Origin: a virus
Lineage: Duplodnaviria > Caudoviricetes
Reading direction: 5' to 3' (one strand)
IMG/VR virus record: IMGVR_UViG_3300048762_000252
Span: 32,001-96,000 of that record
Length of the DNA: 64,000 bases
The translations under genes and the position numbers were made by a program. The notes beneath the pieces are model-generated. The model saw nothing but the letters and a program-made list of their open reading frames with translations. It was not told the origin of the DNA and ran no database searches. Each line of letters starts with the position of its first letter. The stretch's first letter is position 1. Positions 46,509 to 57,402 of the stretch are shown piece after piece.

Positions 46509-46930
46509 ATCGAAGTCTCTAAGTATGTGATTGCATGTCGTAGAATTGTGGGATTGTCCTTTACTAATCCTATCATAAGATTACAATTGCCACATAACAA
46601 TCCTCTAATTTTTCCAGTTTTGTGATTATGGTCAACACATAAACTTTTGTGTTCTGGTGCTTTTTCTGAACAGATAGCGCACCCGCAGTTTTGGCACATT
46701 AACATTTGTTGGTAATTGTTTTCCGTGATACCAAATTTCTTTTTAAGCAGATGCTTTCTATAAACAGCTTTGCCAGCATCAGATTTTCTATATGCTGTCC
46801 GTAGCTTTTTATCAACGACTGATGTTCTTTTACAAAATACACAATTACGATTACAGTTGTACCGCAAAGTGTTGCCGCACTTTTTGCAAGGTAAACCGTC
46901 GTATGTATTTTCATTATGCTGCTTCGACAT
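46505..46930 (-). CDS. Endonuclease VII-family homing endonuclease
   Basis: FGIT...Y..M...Q...CAIC...LCVDHNHKTGKIRGLLC..CN. Confidence 0.88.
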   Translation of the reverse strand: MSKQHNENTYDGLPCKKCGNTLRYNCNRNCVFCKRTSVVDKKLRTAYRKSDAGKAVYRKHLLKKKFGITENNYQQMLMCQNCGCAICSEKAPEHKSLCVDHNHKTGKIRGLLCGNCNLMIGLVKDNPTILRHAITYLETSI

Positions 46931-47004
46931 TATATTTCATTCTAGCACACCACCGCAAATTTAGCAATCTAAGGCATTGCCGCCCATGACGAGTGGGCCG
47001 ACCA

Positions 47005-47748
47005 TCATATGAATTTAATTTTTATGCTTCCATTATCCACTTCAATAACGTGGCGCAAATGGGTATCAATGCAATAGTTGATGCTGTCCGGTATTTGCTT
47101 ACATCGAACTTCTTTGCCGTAGCTATGCCCAACAATTTGGTTCAATCCATTGATGGGAATAAATTCAGTTGACCAATCCAACCAGTCCACGCCGCCCACA
47201 CGAGCGGGACCATCACGGCCCCGACCAGCAGCAAGCAAAGACGTGACCTGTTGACAATAACGGAGTTTCCACATTGCTTCTTCTTCAAGTGCGAGAAGCG
47301 ACTGTTTATCAAATCCCAAAAATGGATTGAGTAATGATGGATGAATGCCAGCGTGTGATATCAACCATTCCTTCGATTGCACATTACCAAGTTCTTCATC
47401 ATTGGCGGGCGTGCCGATCCAGTGCATGAGTTTGAACTTTTTCCAATGATCGTTGTCATTCAGATGTTGGCGAACAATTGCCAACTTGTTTTTATCAAAC
47501 CCACTGCACATCACACCATCGAATGGAAAGGCATAATGCATATCATGGTTGCCCCAAAGAAAAACGTACTTTGGGTTGCCGATATTCTCTGCTAACCATT
47601 TCACTGTTTCATGCGTCTGCCATGTAAGACCAGCCCATGAGTCGAACCAATCTCCGAGAAAAATTATTTGATCTGCATTCGGGTACTGTTTAAGAATACT
47701 TTTTAGCCGCACTATCTCTTCATGGACATCACTTACTATAAGAATCAT
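47005..47748 (-). CDS. calcineurin-like metallophosphoesterase
   Basis: SDVH, GDWFD, GNHD, SHAG, VGHS. Confidence 0.92.
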   Translation of the reverse strand: MILIVSDVHEEIVRLKSILKQYPNADQIIFLGDWFDSWAGLTWQTHETVKWLAENIGNPKYVFLWGNHDMHYAFPFDGVMCSGFDKNKLAIVRQHLNDNDHWKKFKLMHWIGTPANDEELGNVQSKEWLISHAGIHPSLLNPFLGFDKQSLLALEEEAMWKLRYCQQVTSLLAAGRGRDGPARVGGVDWLDWSTEFIPINGLNQIVGHSYGKEVRCKQIPDSINYCIDTHLRHVIEVDNGSIKIKFI

Positions 47749-48550
47749 GATTCACTTAAATTTTCATCTTCTACCACAATTCGGGCATTTCACTTTCAGG
47801 ACGTTGTACACCGTCTTACATCGGCTGCAACGCCGATGCCAAATGGGTGGATGTGGACGTTCTATTTCAACATCCCCATCTGCTTCATCAAGCGGTTCAA
47901 CTTCTGTTTCTTCGATACTGCCGATCTCCACAAAGCATCTCTCTCGCATTCGAGCCTCTTTAAAACAGGAATTACTTCGTTTGACCACAGCCGGTATTCT
48001 TTGGCACGTCCAGCGTAATGCCCATGCCAAAAACCAAGAGCATAGCCCGCCAGCATGGGCAACGAGAGCCATGCATGGTCCAGAGCAAACTTTATTATAG
48101 CACAATTTGACAGATCCGGTATCATGTGTTAATATATCTATATGGGACGGATTTGGACTTGGCCACGCAAAGATTTATCAAAATTCGTTTATCAAGAAAT
48201 TGCTGACGAACTCAACCACGATTTTCACACAGTTCTACATGCCGATGCAACTGCGGTTGGGATTTCCATTGTGCCTGTTTGCCCATTAGATTTGCGACGA
48301 TTGGCTGCAAATATAGAAGCTTCTCGTGTGTTAGCAAAGAGACCAAAAATGACGGTAACAGTAACCGACTGTGGGATTATATGTATTCGGTAAATCTATA
48401 TATTGGAGAGGACATCTCCAATGACAGTAAAAGTCGTATTTAAAAACCCAAACGGAAAAACAGATTCCGGTCAATCATTTCTAGTAAGCAGGTTTGAAGC
48501 TCACAACACATTTTTGAGCTTTGCTACTATTTTCGGAACGCCGTGCTTTA

Positions 48551-49360
48551 TTACTTTTTAACTCCATGCTTCGGATATTTCCATTTGTACTTATACTGTT
48601 CTATCTCAGATGAACCAATATAATCCAAGAATGTCTGGACTGTAAGTGCCCTGGCACTTACAAGAACTGGCCCATCATTTACATTGAATTTTAATTGCGG
48701 ATCAATTTCTAATAATTTTATACGAAGCATTTCGACTTCATCTTTCGTAAAGCCATTTGTTGCAAAAGTCATTCGCACCTTATTGTTTTCTATCCATGAT
48801 GTAGAGCCATCACCATAAAACCAATGTATACAAGTTACCGGAGTTAAAGTAAGAGACTGTGGAATAATTTTTTTATCGAACGGGTACCAAAATGTCCGTA
48901 TTTTGTTAAGCGACAAATCTGTTGAAGTTCTGTAATGATAAGACGTTTGTCGATAAATTTGTCTATTCTGAAAGTATCCATTTCCGCCAGGGCGAACACG
49001 TATTTTTGCTTGAAATGGAAGAATTTTCTGTAATTGATCGCTATATTCTTTGACAATTGTTCCAACACTTAATGAATTTGTTTGTCTTTTTGATTGCTTT
49101 CCTATATAACCATCACCAAGCATAAGACCATTAATAATTTCTATCGCTGTTGAAGTTAATTCCGTCTGTCGCCGACACACTTTTCCTTGTTTCCGTAAAG
49201 GAATTTTCCATCGATGAAGAGCATTCCAAATACTTACATTACAAATAATGTGGTCTAAACGAGTTGCAATGCTTTGTCGAATCTCATCTAAACTATTACC
49301 TGAATTATAAAGATCGATAATAGTTTGTTTATAGTCACTACAGAATGCTTGTTGGTTCAC
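48551..49360 (-). CDS. free-standing LAGLIDADG homing endonuclease
   Basis: IINGLMLGDG, HWFYGDGST; paralog of 11285-12127. Confidence 0.88.
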   Translation of the reverse strand: MNQQAFCSDYKQTIIDLYNSGNSLDEIRQSIATRLDHIICNVSIWNALHRWKIPLRKQGKVCRRQTELTSTAIEIINGLMLGDGYIGKQSKRQTNSLSVGTIVKEYSDQLQKILPFQAKIRVRPGGNGYFQNRQIYRQTSYHYRTSTDLSLNKIRTFWYPFDKKIIPQSLTLTPVTCIHWFYGDGSTSWIENNKVRMTFATNGFTKDEVEMLRIKLLEIDPQLKFNVNDGPVLVSARALTVQTFLDYIGSSEIEQYKYKWKYPKHGVKK

Positions 49361-49365
49361 ATCAA

Positions 49366-50451
49366 CTATTTAGACACCATTAATTTTTCAATTCTTGGTT
49401 TGAAGATTTTTTGATCATTTTTGTCCGTTAGAGCAACAGGTTGATTATTTTCATCCTTATCGAATCCTTTAATCTCAGCCCTACGGTTTTTGAACTTCCC
49501 AACTCGTAAAATATCTCCAACATTCAAATCAGGAAGTTTTAGTGTGTCTTCTGCCTCTTTAATTCCATGTTTTGGACAAGGACCACTACTTACCCTCCAG
49601 AGACATTTAGGGTTCTTACAATATTTTTCGGGATGCGCTTCTTTGTGTTTTCTAACGTCACCTTGAACATTTTCTTTCTGTAGACTATGTGCAAGATCTT
49701 TCATCGCATTGGATTTTCGACGCATTTCTTCATCATGTTTATCTTGTGCTACGCCTCGACAATTACTGCATACCCCATCTTTCAATTTTCGATTTTTATG
49801 ACATACATTACATTTTATGCTTTCGCTCAATTTTTCAGCCGCTTCAGCAAGTTTTTCATCATGAATACCAGCCAAATGAGAATCCAGTTCTTTGTGCCCT
49901 TCACCACTTTTGCTTACGGAGAGATCTGGATTATAATGCTCCCACTTATTATGTCCATTCCAATACGTGAGAACATGTCCGGTCGTTGGTTGTGCGTAAA
50001 TAGTGGTTTTTGAGTTTGACTTGCGGGACCGCACATAGCCATGTTTACGTGCTGCTGCACTTATTTGATATTGTTCAGCCGCTTCCATGAGCTTCTTTGC
50101 TTTTTTTGGATCAGTTAGGACTTCCGTTAAAGTTTCATCCAAAGATTTGCTGTATGCATTCTCAACTACCAAATCTCCAGTCTTGGAATTATAATGTTCT
50201 ACAGCTAGTGTCACAAGCGCCGAAAGAGACTCCATGCGTTGCGGATCTACCAGGACATTTGTAGACGATTTCTTGAGACCGCTTTTTACATCTTCGTTTA
50301 TACGTGCCTTAATTATATGAACTGTCGCATCTTTTCCATGTGTGTTGACGACCTCAGAAATATGTTTCAATATAGGTGCGATCCGGCCAGTAACAGATTG
50401 CGTCACAATACACTTTCCGGCTTTGTTATGGAGTTCGTAGAGAAAATTCAT
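49366..50451 (-). CDS. late modular (putative head) polyprotein
   Basis: late promoter ~50472; LDE/LTE/LME/LAE/LSE/IKE spacers; KHGY..Y..P.TGH.L...W.H module; Zn-finger modules. Confidence 0.65.
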   Translation of the reverse strand: MNFLYELHNKAGKCIVTQSVTGRIAPILKHISEVVNTHGKDATVHIIKARINEDVKSGLKKSSTNVLVDPQRMESLSALVTLAVEHYNSKTGDLVVENAYSKSLDETLTEVLTDPKKAKKLMEAAEQYQISAAARKHGYVRSRKSNSKTTIYAQPTTGHVLTYWNGHNKWEHYNPDLSVSKSGEGHKELDSHLAGIHDEKLAEAAEKLSESIKCNVCHKNRKLKDGVCSNCRGVAQDKHDEEMRRKSNAMKDLAHSLQKENVQGDVRKHKEAHPEKYCKNPKCLWRVSSGPCPKHGIKEAEDTLKLPDLNVGDILRVGKFKNRRAEIKGFDKDENNQPVALTDKNDQKIFKPRIEKLMVSK

Positions 50452-50888
50452 AATGGTTGGTCCTTATTTGTATTTATCTGAAAAAATTTTCCTAAAATGC
50501 TCTTATTATAATATTCAAAAGAACCATTTGGTAATTTGGCTCTAAGTACATTCCTTTTGAATTGCTCTTCGATTTCGGCATAAGTCACTTCTTTTTTGGT
50601 TGGATAAAAATTTAGAATTTCTCTTGTGAATTTGTCTTCGCCTAGTCTAGCAACATCATCCAAAAGAAATTCACTTGATCCAAAATATTTCTTCCAATTT
50701 GACTCTGCAATGATGACTTTACGATTTACTCTACCGGGCACTTTCTTTCTTCTGCGAGTCTGGACGTATTTTTTCCCCACATAGCGCATTCCTGTATCAT
50801 CATTTTTAATACAATACACAAAGCCTACGCAATTTTCTGGTATTTCTTCCACTTCTTTGTCATGATACATCCAAGGCTTCATGCCCAT
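50448..50888 (-). CDS. short GIY-YIG-like endonuclease conserved in T4-like phages
   Basis: GFVY.I.N...G..YVGKK, ESNWKKYFGS. Confidence 0.75.
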   Translation of the reverse strand: MGMKPWMYHDKEVEEIPENCVGFVYCIKNDDTGMRYVGKKYVQTRRRKKVPGRVNRKVIIAESNWKKYFGSSEFLLDDVARLGEDKFTREILNFYPTKKEVTYAEIEEQFKRNVLRAKLPNGSFEYYNKSILGKFFQINTNKDQPL

Positions 50889-50890
50889 AT

Positions 50891-51082
50891 TTAGGCATAC
50901 CTTTCTTCATTCCTTTCGTCATCAGTATAATCCAAATCTCCATCATCATCTTCTTCGTCTATCTGTTCTAGATCTTCTGAACAAAAAGCACAGAAAGATG
51001 GTGTAGGCAAATCTTCTGTAAATTTGATATGATATTTTGCCCCACAGTAATTGCAGGACACATTTCTCCGCACATCCAGCAT
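50891..51082 (-). CDS. small Zn-ribbon acidic protein
   Basis: C..C.A.Y......P.FC.FC plus acidic tail. Confidence 0.6.
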   Translation of the reverse strand: MLDVRRNVSCNYCGAKYHIKFTEDLPTPSFCAFCSEDLEQIDEEDDDGDLDYTDDERNEERYA

Positions 51083-51205
51083 GTTTCTCTCCCAACCAGT
51101 TGGTTTAACTCAATTTAGCAAGAGAGATATTTTGACCTACTTCTAAACTGCCTGCCTTACAGCATGATAACCTTTTGTTTTATACACGAAGCGTCGGTTT
51201 GAACA

Positions 51206-54200
51206 TCACTTCTTTCCAGAATTAAAGTCCACAGGACAAACTCCGGTATCGCACCCTATATGCTCACGACCAATGTCTTCAGTGAGTTTTGCAGCCTGTA
51301 TTTTTTCAACGATGGATGAGAATTTCTTTTCACTGATTGATTCTTCCGGTTGATATTCATAGCTGGAAGTATCTTCTTGTGGCATAATCGAACAGCATCG
51401 TACTTGTGACTGATATTTCAAAATCATCTTTTTAAAATGGTCGAAGTCCGTCAGATTCGGCTTATATTTGAGCGTATATGAAATTTGCCCACCGTAAATG
51501 TCTTCTACCGGCTTGCCATCAGGAGTAACGCCGCAAATCCAATACTTCTCACCAAGCATGAGCCATTTGAATTGTTCTTCAGGTGTGGCATTCGCCGCTG
51601 TAACCAACTTATCACCCATACCAAGCGTTGTGATTGTCGGTTCGGTTGGAAATCCTACAATAGTTGTATTTGTATATTGCGTTAATTTTCTAACAGGGTA
51701 TCCAGCTTTCTTGTATACTTCTACAAGAGGGTCGTCATTACTGAATTGAACCCATCGTAGAAAATATTCCATTGACGGAAGGTGCCATCCTTCCGTCAAA
51801 CCAAACAATTTACTAACAGACCCACTCGGTTTAACGGTAGTGATTGTATGTGGCGGTTTCACCCCAAGTTCTTTTGCATAGCTTTGTGCTTCTTCATACA
51901 CAATATTGTTGAAACGAGCCATTTGCATCCAAAATGGTTTGGATTTTTCTTCATCAATCAGATCCTTAAATCCAAATCCGAAAAATTTGTACGCAAATTC
52001 ATGCACGCCTGTTATACCTACTCCGATACGATTGGTGCGTTGAACTTCTTTGCTATAGATTGAATCCATAAGGTTCACACGCATAAGCGCACGAGTTGAT
52101 ACTCTAAACGCTTCTTCAGCTTCTTCAATTGTGTTAGCATGAAACGGTACAACATCTGCCAAACAACAAAAACCACCAAGTACATTTAATGGGATTTCTC
52201 CGCACGGGTTTACGATGGTATGGTACTTCTTTTTCTTGGCACGCTTTGCTAGTCTAGACATCAATATTTGTGTATCATCATTAATCTGATATTTTTTTGA
52301 TCCAACATAATCACCACGATTCAGATCATTCCATCCATCGTCTTTCTGAACAAGCAAATGAGAGTTGATAAATCCTGGTTCACCAGTACCGTCTGCGTAT
52401 GCTGCACTACAGACCATCTTGAACACTTTTTTAGCGTGCTTGGCACGTGGAGTTTTGTCTTTAGGATTCTTCACAAGTGTCCAAAATTCATCATCAACAG
52501 TAACAGAGTTGTTCGATGACCAAAGAAATGCGTTTGGATGATTGTTCTTACGGAAATCTAAAATTTGAAACGTATCTTTACCATGAAATTCCAACGGACG
52601 TTTGATTGTGATAAAATCGAAGCTGGTAGAATCGCTCCAATGCTTTGTGGACATGCGTGCTGAATTGTGTACCAAAACGCCTTGACAGACAAAACAATTA
52701 CCATCAGCAACTTCCAAATCGTAAGTTTTAGACGGCATCCCACCAGAAATAGCAATGACTTCTTGTGGGTAATAACACGTAGAAATTAATGTATTATTCT
52801 TCCAAGCATCGTATGAGCTATTATTGTTAGTCGCAATCCGACCTTTTATGTCACTGTATGTGAGCTTTCTTTCAAAAATTGCTTTCGTTACAAATTTACA
52901 AGGGTAGGAATCTTGATGCCCCCGATGTTCATTTGTTGTCAGAGCCTTTGCGCCTGATGTCAAAGTTGAAAATTGAATTTTATTACAATTATTGATGAAA
53001 TTCAAACTTCTCTGAGGTTTCCATCCTTCTCCTTTCGGTTCAGATTCATTTAGCCGCAGCATTACACCAATTGATGCTGCGAGGGCTTGTAAATCTTCAA
53101 CCCAGGAAAAATAAATTGAAGTTACCAATTTTTGTGGTCTGTTTTTTGTACACCCATCGCTGTCCATCACTCCTTGCAGATATGCTGCACGTATTTCTGG
53201 AGAAGCCGACTTAATAAAATTGGGAATTTTCAACAGTGTATTGGGTTGTTTGATGTGCTTGAAGAAATATGAAGCAAGAGATTTGCTACTCACTCGCACC
53301 TGTTTCATGTTTCCTACATCACTAATAACTGCTTTTACACCAAATCGTGATAGTACATCTGCCGCCCGTAACGCAATATTTTCGTATTCTTTGTCTTGTG
53401 AAATTCTAATGTTTCCGTGGGTGTCAGTCAACTCTACGTATCCATCACCATGAATCAGACCAATCAACCACGCAACATCAATATCAAGAGCAGGAATTAT
53501 AATATCCATCAACGTAGTAGCATGTGGCGACCGGACATAATCATCAGAAGGCAAGTGCGTCAAACCGCCCTCATCTATAGTAGGAATCCAAAACAGTCGA
53601 TCACCAACCGATAACTCACTTGCTAACTTCCATTCATAGGAATCAACACCGGTAAGAATGGCAACTCTATGATTTGGAGTGCATACAAGTTTTCCATTCT
53701 TATAAATTACAGTAATTGTTTCTTGTTCTCCTTGATTGAAAGTTGCAGTGACAGGCTTCCATCCATTTGGCGTCGATACTAAATCACCTATAGATACATT
53801 TTCAATGGCCTTAAAACCTGCATTCTTCACCAGGACTCGTTGGCCTTCAGCAATACATCTTCTTGCACCACCGACAAGCACGCATTCGGCAAAGTAGTGG
53901 TCCAGGTACATCGCTTGCTTCCAGGGCGATAAACCGGCTCCCTTGAGGCTTGCAGCCTTGTTAAACGCATCCATAAGAGCAACAGGACCGCTGGCTGGCC
54001 GATTTTGCATTCCTTTGATTGGTAGACCTTTGGCACGAACTTTCGAAAAATCTAAAATGAGCATTTTCTCTGCATGAATTTTTTCAAATGCAGCATTCTC
54101 CCAAATTTCCAGACCCTTAGCCCACCCTTCTCTGGAATCTGGAATTTCATACCACATAACATTGGGACCTTCTTTGCCATACTTATGGCGGGCATCACGC

Positions 54201-54682
54201 ACACATTCATGCGCCGATTGGTTAAAATCTGGATGAGAGGAATCCAATACACAACGAAGATTTGGTGCGTTATCCCAATTCACTAACATCATATCATCGT
54301 CATAACAGCGACCTACACCAGAGCCATTAAGTAGAAGATAAAAGAGAAGGAATGACGAAGATGCAGTACTGCAATTGGTAAAGCATTCCATATTCCTATT
54401 GGGTTGTGTTTCATCACCATGTTGAAGATGTCTTCCAGACATGAGTGTGTTGCCATTGGCTATGTGTTTGCGAAGTAAAAGATATTCGGCTTCAGATGAG
54501 TGAATTGAACCATCAAAAAGAAGACTGTTACCACGAGCAACACGAGTAGCAACATCCAACCATGTTTCCCATTCTCCATTTTCTTTTTTTCTTAGCACGG
54601 TTCTCTCGGCGATAGCGAGACCCATACCTGAAGAAATAGGACGAAATGAAATAGATGGAACGGTGTTCTGTGATTGCGACAT
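51206..54682 (-). CDS. nrdJ: class II (B12-dependent) ribonucleotide reductase with intein
   Basis: SGR.L, FTNCS, G.GVG, DSREGW, ASGP, VGGARR|SA, NPCGEI, TVKPSGS.SKL, C-terminal C..G.CP. Confidence 0.92.
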   Translation of the reverse strand: MSQSQNTVPSISFRPISSGMGLAIAERTVLRKKENGEWETWLDVATRVARGNSLLFDGSIHSSEAEYLLLRKHIANGNTLMSGRHLQHGDETQPNRNMECFTNCSTASSSFLLFYLLLNGSGVGRCYDDDMMLVNWDNAPNLRCVLDSSHPDFNQSAHECVRDARHKYGKEGPNVMWYEIPDSREGWAKGLEIWENAAFEKIHAEKMLILDFSKVRAKGLPIKGMQNRPASGPVALMDAFNKAASLKGAGLSPWKQAMYLDHYFAECVLVGGARRCIAEGQRVLVKNAGFKAIENVSIGDLVSTPNGWKPVTATFNQGEQETITVIYKNGKLVCTPNHRVAILTGVDSYEWKLASELSVGDRLFWIPTIDEGGLTHLPSDDYVRSPHATTLMDIIIPALDIDVAWLIGLIHGDGYVELTDTHGNIRISQDKEYENIALRAADVLSRFGVKAVISDVGNMKQVRVSSKSLASYFFKHIKQPNTLLKIPNFIKSASPEIRAAYLQGVMDSDGCTKNRPQKLVTSIYFSWVEDLQALAASIGVMLRLNESEPKGEGWKPQRSLNFINNCNKIQFSTLTSGAKALTTNEHRGHQDSYPCKFVTKAIFERKLTYSDIKGRIATNNNSSYDAWKNNTLISTCYYPQEVIAISGGMPSKTYDLEVADGNCFVCQGVLVHNSARMSTKHWSDSTSFDFITIKRPLEFHGKDTFQILDFRKNNHPNAFLWSSNNSVTVDDEFWTLVKNPKDKTPRAKHAKKVFKMVCSAAYADGTGEPGFINSHLLVQKDDGWNDLNRGDYVGSKKYQINDDTQILMSRLAKRAKKKKYHTIVNPCGEIPLNVLGGFCCLADVVPFHANTIEEAEEAFRVSTRALMRVNLMDSIYSKEVQRTNRIGVGITGVHEFAYKFFGFGFKDLIDEEKSKPFWMQMARFNNIVYEEAQSYAKELGVKPPHTITTVKPSGSVSKLFGLTEGWHLPSMEYFLRWVQFSNDDPLVEVYKKAGYPVRKLTQYTNTTIVGFPTEPTITTLGMGDKLVTAANATPEEQFKWLMLGEKYWICGVTPDGKPVEDIYGGQISYTLKYKPNLTDFDHFKKMILKYQSQVRCCSIMPQEDTSSYEYQPEESISEKKFSSIVEKIQAAKLTEDIGREHIGCDTGVCPVDFNSGKK
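52664..53857 (-). mobile_element. 398-aa intein with LAGLIDADG endonuclease
   Basis: starts CIAEG, block B TPNHR, LIGLIHGDG / YLQGVMDSDG, ends YDLEV...VHN followed by Ser. Confidence 0.95.
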
Positions 54683-54689
54683 TTTTATA

Positions 54690-55010
54690 TTATCCTAGTG
54701 GTAATTTCCACTTATATTGCATTGAAGATACTTCTGAATTTCCTATGTGTTGAAAAAATTTACAAACTGTTTCGTCTCGTTTTGTTCGCATTACATGAGA
54801 TTTGTTGACATGCAATGGAAGTTCTACTTGTTTCAGTTTTTGTTGTAACATCGTACACCAAGTCTTGTTTTTAAGGTTGGCGCATTCTGTTGACATTGAT
54901 TATTTTTTCTCCGATAATGAAAAAGGTGAGTGTAATTTTAATCGGCATTACACTCACCGATTGTTATTTAGGTAAGATTCATTCTTCTAAAATCACTATT
55001 GTAAACAGTT
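54690..55010 (-). pseudogene. LAGLIDADG endonuclease C-terminal remnant
   Basis: FFQHIGNSEVSSMQYKWKLP matches the ends of the two intact paralogs. Confidence 0.7.
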
Positions 55011-55019
55011 ATGAGTCAT

Positions 55020-55889
55020 CTATTTACAGCAACCAATTTTTTGAACCAGTTCTGAATGATTTGGAACAAAATCTGTAACATATTCACGGGGTAATGAATT
55101 TCTATACGCTTGCCAACCAGTGTATTTGGCGTATCGTAAATCGTTTCCCATTGCCATACAGACATGTTCAAAAGGAGAGGCGTGTAGTGGGGTGTGATAT
55201 CGTAATCTGTCGTGAAGTTTAATGTCTTCGCTAAAATCTCTAACACCTTCTTGTGTTAAATATGATGTTCGAGCACATCTTCCGACCGATACTTGAATCA
55301 CAGTATCTCCACATTGTTTTTTTTCATCATCGGAAACATATGGTGTATGCCAATCACCAGAATTTAGTTCTTGTGGTATAGATGTGAAGTAAGCATATTG
55401 GGCCATGTATGCTTGTTCCTGAATGTCTGGTTGGGCATCCTTTTCGCAACGCAGTGCAAAATAATTTGACCATGCACCGCTATCACCGGTTACACAAACA
55501 GTTATCCAGGACCAAGGCTCTAACAGCCGATTGACGATTTGTTTATGAACATTCAAACCATCTTTATCAGCCATTGTTTTGGCGATTTCAATTGCTTGAT
55601 CTCTAGCACGCAACCAATAACGAATAGCAGCTTCCCGGTTGTCACCTTCTAAATTTTCTGCTGCTTGCATTCCACTTTGATTCACTCCCCAATGTTTCGG
55701 AATGAATGGGTCATCAATAACTCGTTGAAGAACTTTAGAAAATGGAATAGCTCGACTAGAACTTGCATTTCGAGCAAACATGCAGTGTGTATTAAATTCT
55801 GCATGAACAATCCGAGGATGAGTCAATTGCATTGTTGTCAGCCGGTGTCCATTACAGATTGAATCTTTTATAATTTTAGCTTCGTACAT
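55020..55889 (-). CDS. thyX: flavin-dependent thymidylate synthase (phage type)
   Basis: PRIVHAEFNTH.MF.RNASSSRAIP, HKQIVNRLLEPW, RCAR.SY, HASPFEH. Confidence 0.88.
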   Translation of the reverse strand: MYEAKIIKDSICNGHRLTTMQLTHPRIVHAEFNTHCMFARNASSSRAIPFSKVLQRVIDDPFIPKHWGVNQSGMQAAENLEGDNREAAIRYWLRARDQAIEIAKTMADKDGLNVHKQIVNRLLEPWSWITVCVTGDSGAWSNYFALRCEKDAQPDIQEQAYMAQYAYFTSIPQELNSGDWHTPYVSDDEKKQCGDTVIQVSVGRCARTSYLTQEGVRDFSEDIKLHDRLRYHTPLHASPFEHVCMAMGNDLRYAKYTGWQAYRNSLPREYVTDFVPNHSELVQKIGCCK

Positions 55890-55898
55890 ATTTTCTCT

Positions 55899-56684
55899 TT
55901 ATTTGTTTGTCATCTTCCTTTCTATTTGATATAAAGAAAATTCGTATTTTGAAATCTTTGTGTTGCTTCTTGTCTCTACGGACATTTGATTGTATTGAAG
56001 ATCAAATGTATACGATATTGGTCTGATCGGCGTGCCGCATCTAACGATCCGTTTTTTCTCTACAAAGGTCGGCGTAATCGGTAAGCAATTAACGGGAACG
56101 ATCAACGAAAAGTTTTCGTCCAATACAGGCCCAACAAGAGAATATGGCGTTGGGATAACGTACATTTTTCTGTCACGAATTGCGATGTCACCAAACGAGC
56201 CAAACGCCGGAATACTTGTGTTCAAATGGGCATAGCGATTTGTGTTGAAAAAAGAACCATGACAGATTACTACATCTAACACGGGAAATGATTTGCTCTT
56301 TGTTTTTGGGTATCTACCAAAGGCATAGAACAAAGATTTGTCTTCAAAGATGCCTGATGGCAAGTGGCTGTTTGCGTCAAATGTATTATCTCTACCAGGA
56401 ACTTCCAATCCTTTGACCTCATATGCTTCGTTTGAAGCATGAAGAAGGAAATCTGGAAACAAATTTCTACCTTGTGGATCTACAGACGAAGCAATCTTTG
56501 TTAAGCGATCATGAAACCAATTTTGAAAATGGAACTCTTTGTCATTCGCCTCTGTTCGGTGTATTAAGCAACCAGTGTGGATGGCATCAAAACACTCTTG
56601 CAGTAATTCAAAACAAACGGTTGAAAATTGTGGTATGGACTCAAATTCACTCTCGTCTTCATCATCAAATGGGTTGTAATTCAT
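55899..56684 (-). CDS. PD-(D/E)XK restriction-endonuclease-like protein
   Basis: N.FPDF........YEVKGL, D.NS.LP. Confidence 0.55.
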   Translation of the reverse strand: MNYNPFDDEDESEFESIPQFSTVCFELLQECFDAIHTGCLIHRTEANDKEFHFQNWFHDRLTKIASSVDPQGRNLFPDFLLHASNEAYEVKGLEVPGRDNTFDANSHLPSGIFEDKSLFYAFGRYPKTKSKSFPVLDVVICHGSFFNTNRYAHLNTSIPAFGSFGDIAIRDRKMYVIPTPYSLVGPVLDENFSLIVPVNCLPITPTFVEKKRIVRCGTPIRPISYTFDLQYNQMSVETRSNTKISKYEFSLYQIERKMTNK

Positions 56685-56772
56685 ACTCCTTTCTGTGCCA
56701 ACTGTGCCAAACAAAAAGGGAATCCCGAGCGAGACTCCCTCATTGCAATACTTAAGCCCTTGGTAGTTACGT

Positions 56773-57144
56773 TTACGCTGCCAAAGCAGCTTCACGCTGA
56801 CGGCGGCGAAGAGCCTTTGCTGCTTCCCGGTTGTAAACGAGCCTTAAATTTGATGCCCGATTGTCAAAAATATCACCGTTCTTATGACGAACGGAAACTC
56901 CACGTCGCAGCGCTTCTGGGCCAAAATGAACAAACGCTACTGCCTTGTGGACACGTGCGTTATACTTCTTGCCTTCAAGATGCACTGTTACTCGTGGTTC
57001 GTATGTAAATCCGCCGATTTCTAGGCCCTCTTTGTTAAAGACGCAGCCTGTACGTGGGTCAATGTAATAATTTCTTGCAAGTTGTTGGACGGCACGGAAA
57101 TGTGTGCTTCGTGGGCGTCCGTTCATGTACGTAGTTTGTTTCAT
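56773..57144 (-). CDS. HNH (HNH_3-type) endonuclease-like protein
   Basis: RVHKAVA...VRHKNGD..DNR.SNL. Confidence 0.75.
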   Translation of the reverse strand: MKQTTYMNGRPRSTHFRAVQQLARNYYIDPRTGCVFNKEGLEIGGFTYEPRVTVHLEGKKYNARVHKAVAFVHFGPEALRRGVSVRHKNGDIFDNRASNLRLVYNREAAKALRRRQREAALAA

Positions 57145-57402
57145 ATTTTTACACCTTAGACAAATTTTTTGTCTTCGATTTTAGCGTATGGTGTGATCGC
57201 AACGTAAGCGTCTACTTTTTCAATTGCTTCTTCTTCAGAATCAGCATGTGTGAATAGAGTTTTATATGTCGGTTGACCGTTCGAAAGGATCGAACGAGTT
57301 AGCGAATTTGGATCGAAATCCTGTTGCTCTTGGAGAGCTTTCAACTCATCTTCTGAAGCGTAGGCAATGCGAAAAGAGTAAACGTTCACGGTTTCACTTT
57401 CT

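Noticed and set aside
46960-47007. Hairpin after the TGA of the metallophosphoesterase as a SECIS element or riboswitch
   Set aside because: The protein is already complete at the TGA and the short GCCCA/TGGGC stem matches no motif I can support.
54683-55019. Cobalamin riboswitch upstream of nrdJ
   Set aside because: No B12-box seen; the interval is explained by a LAGLIDADG remnant.
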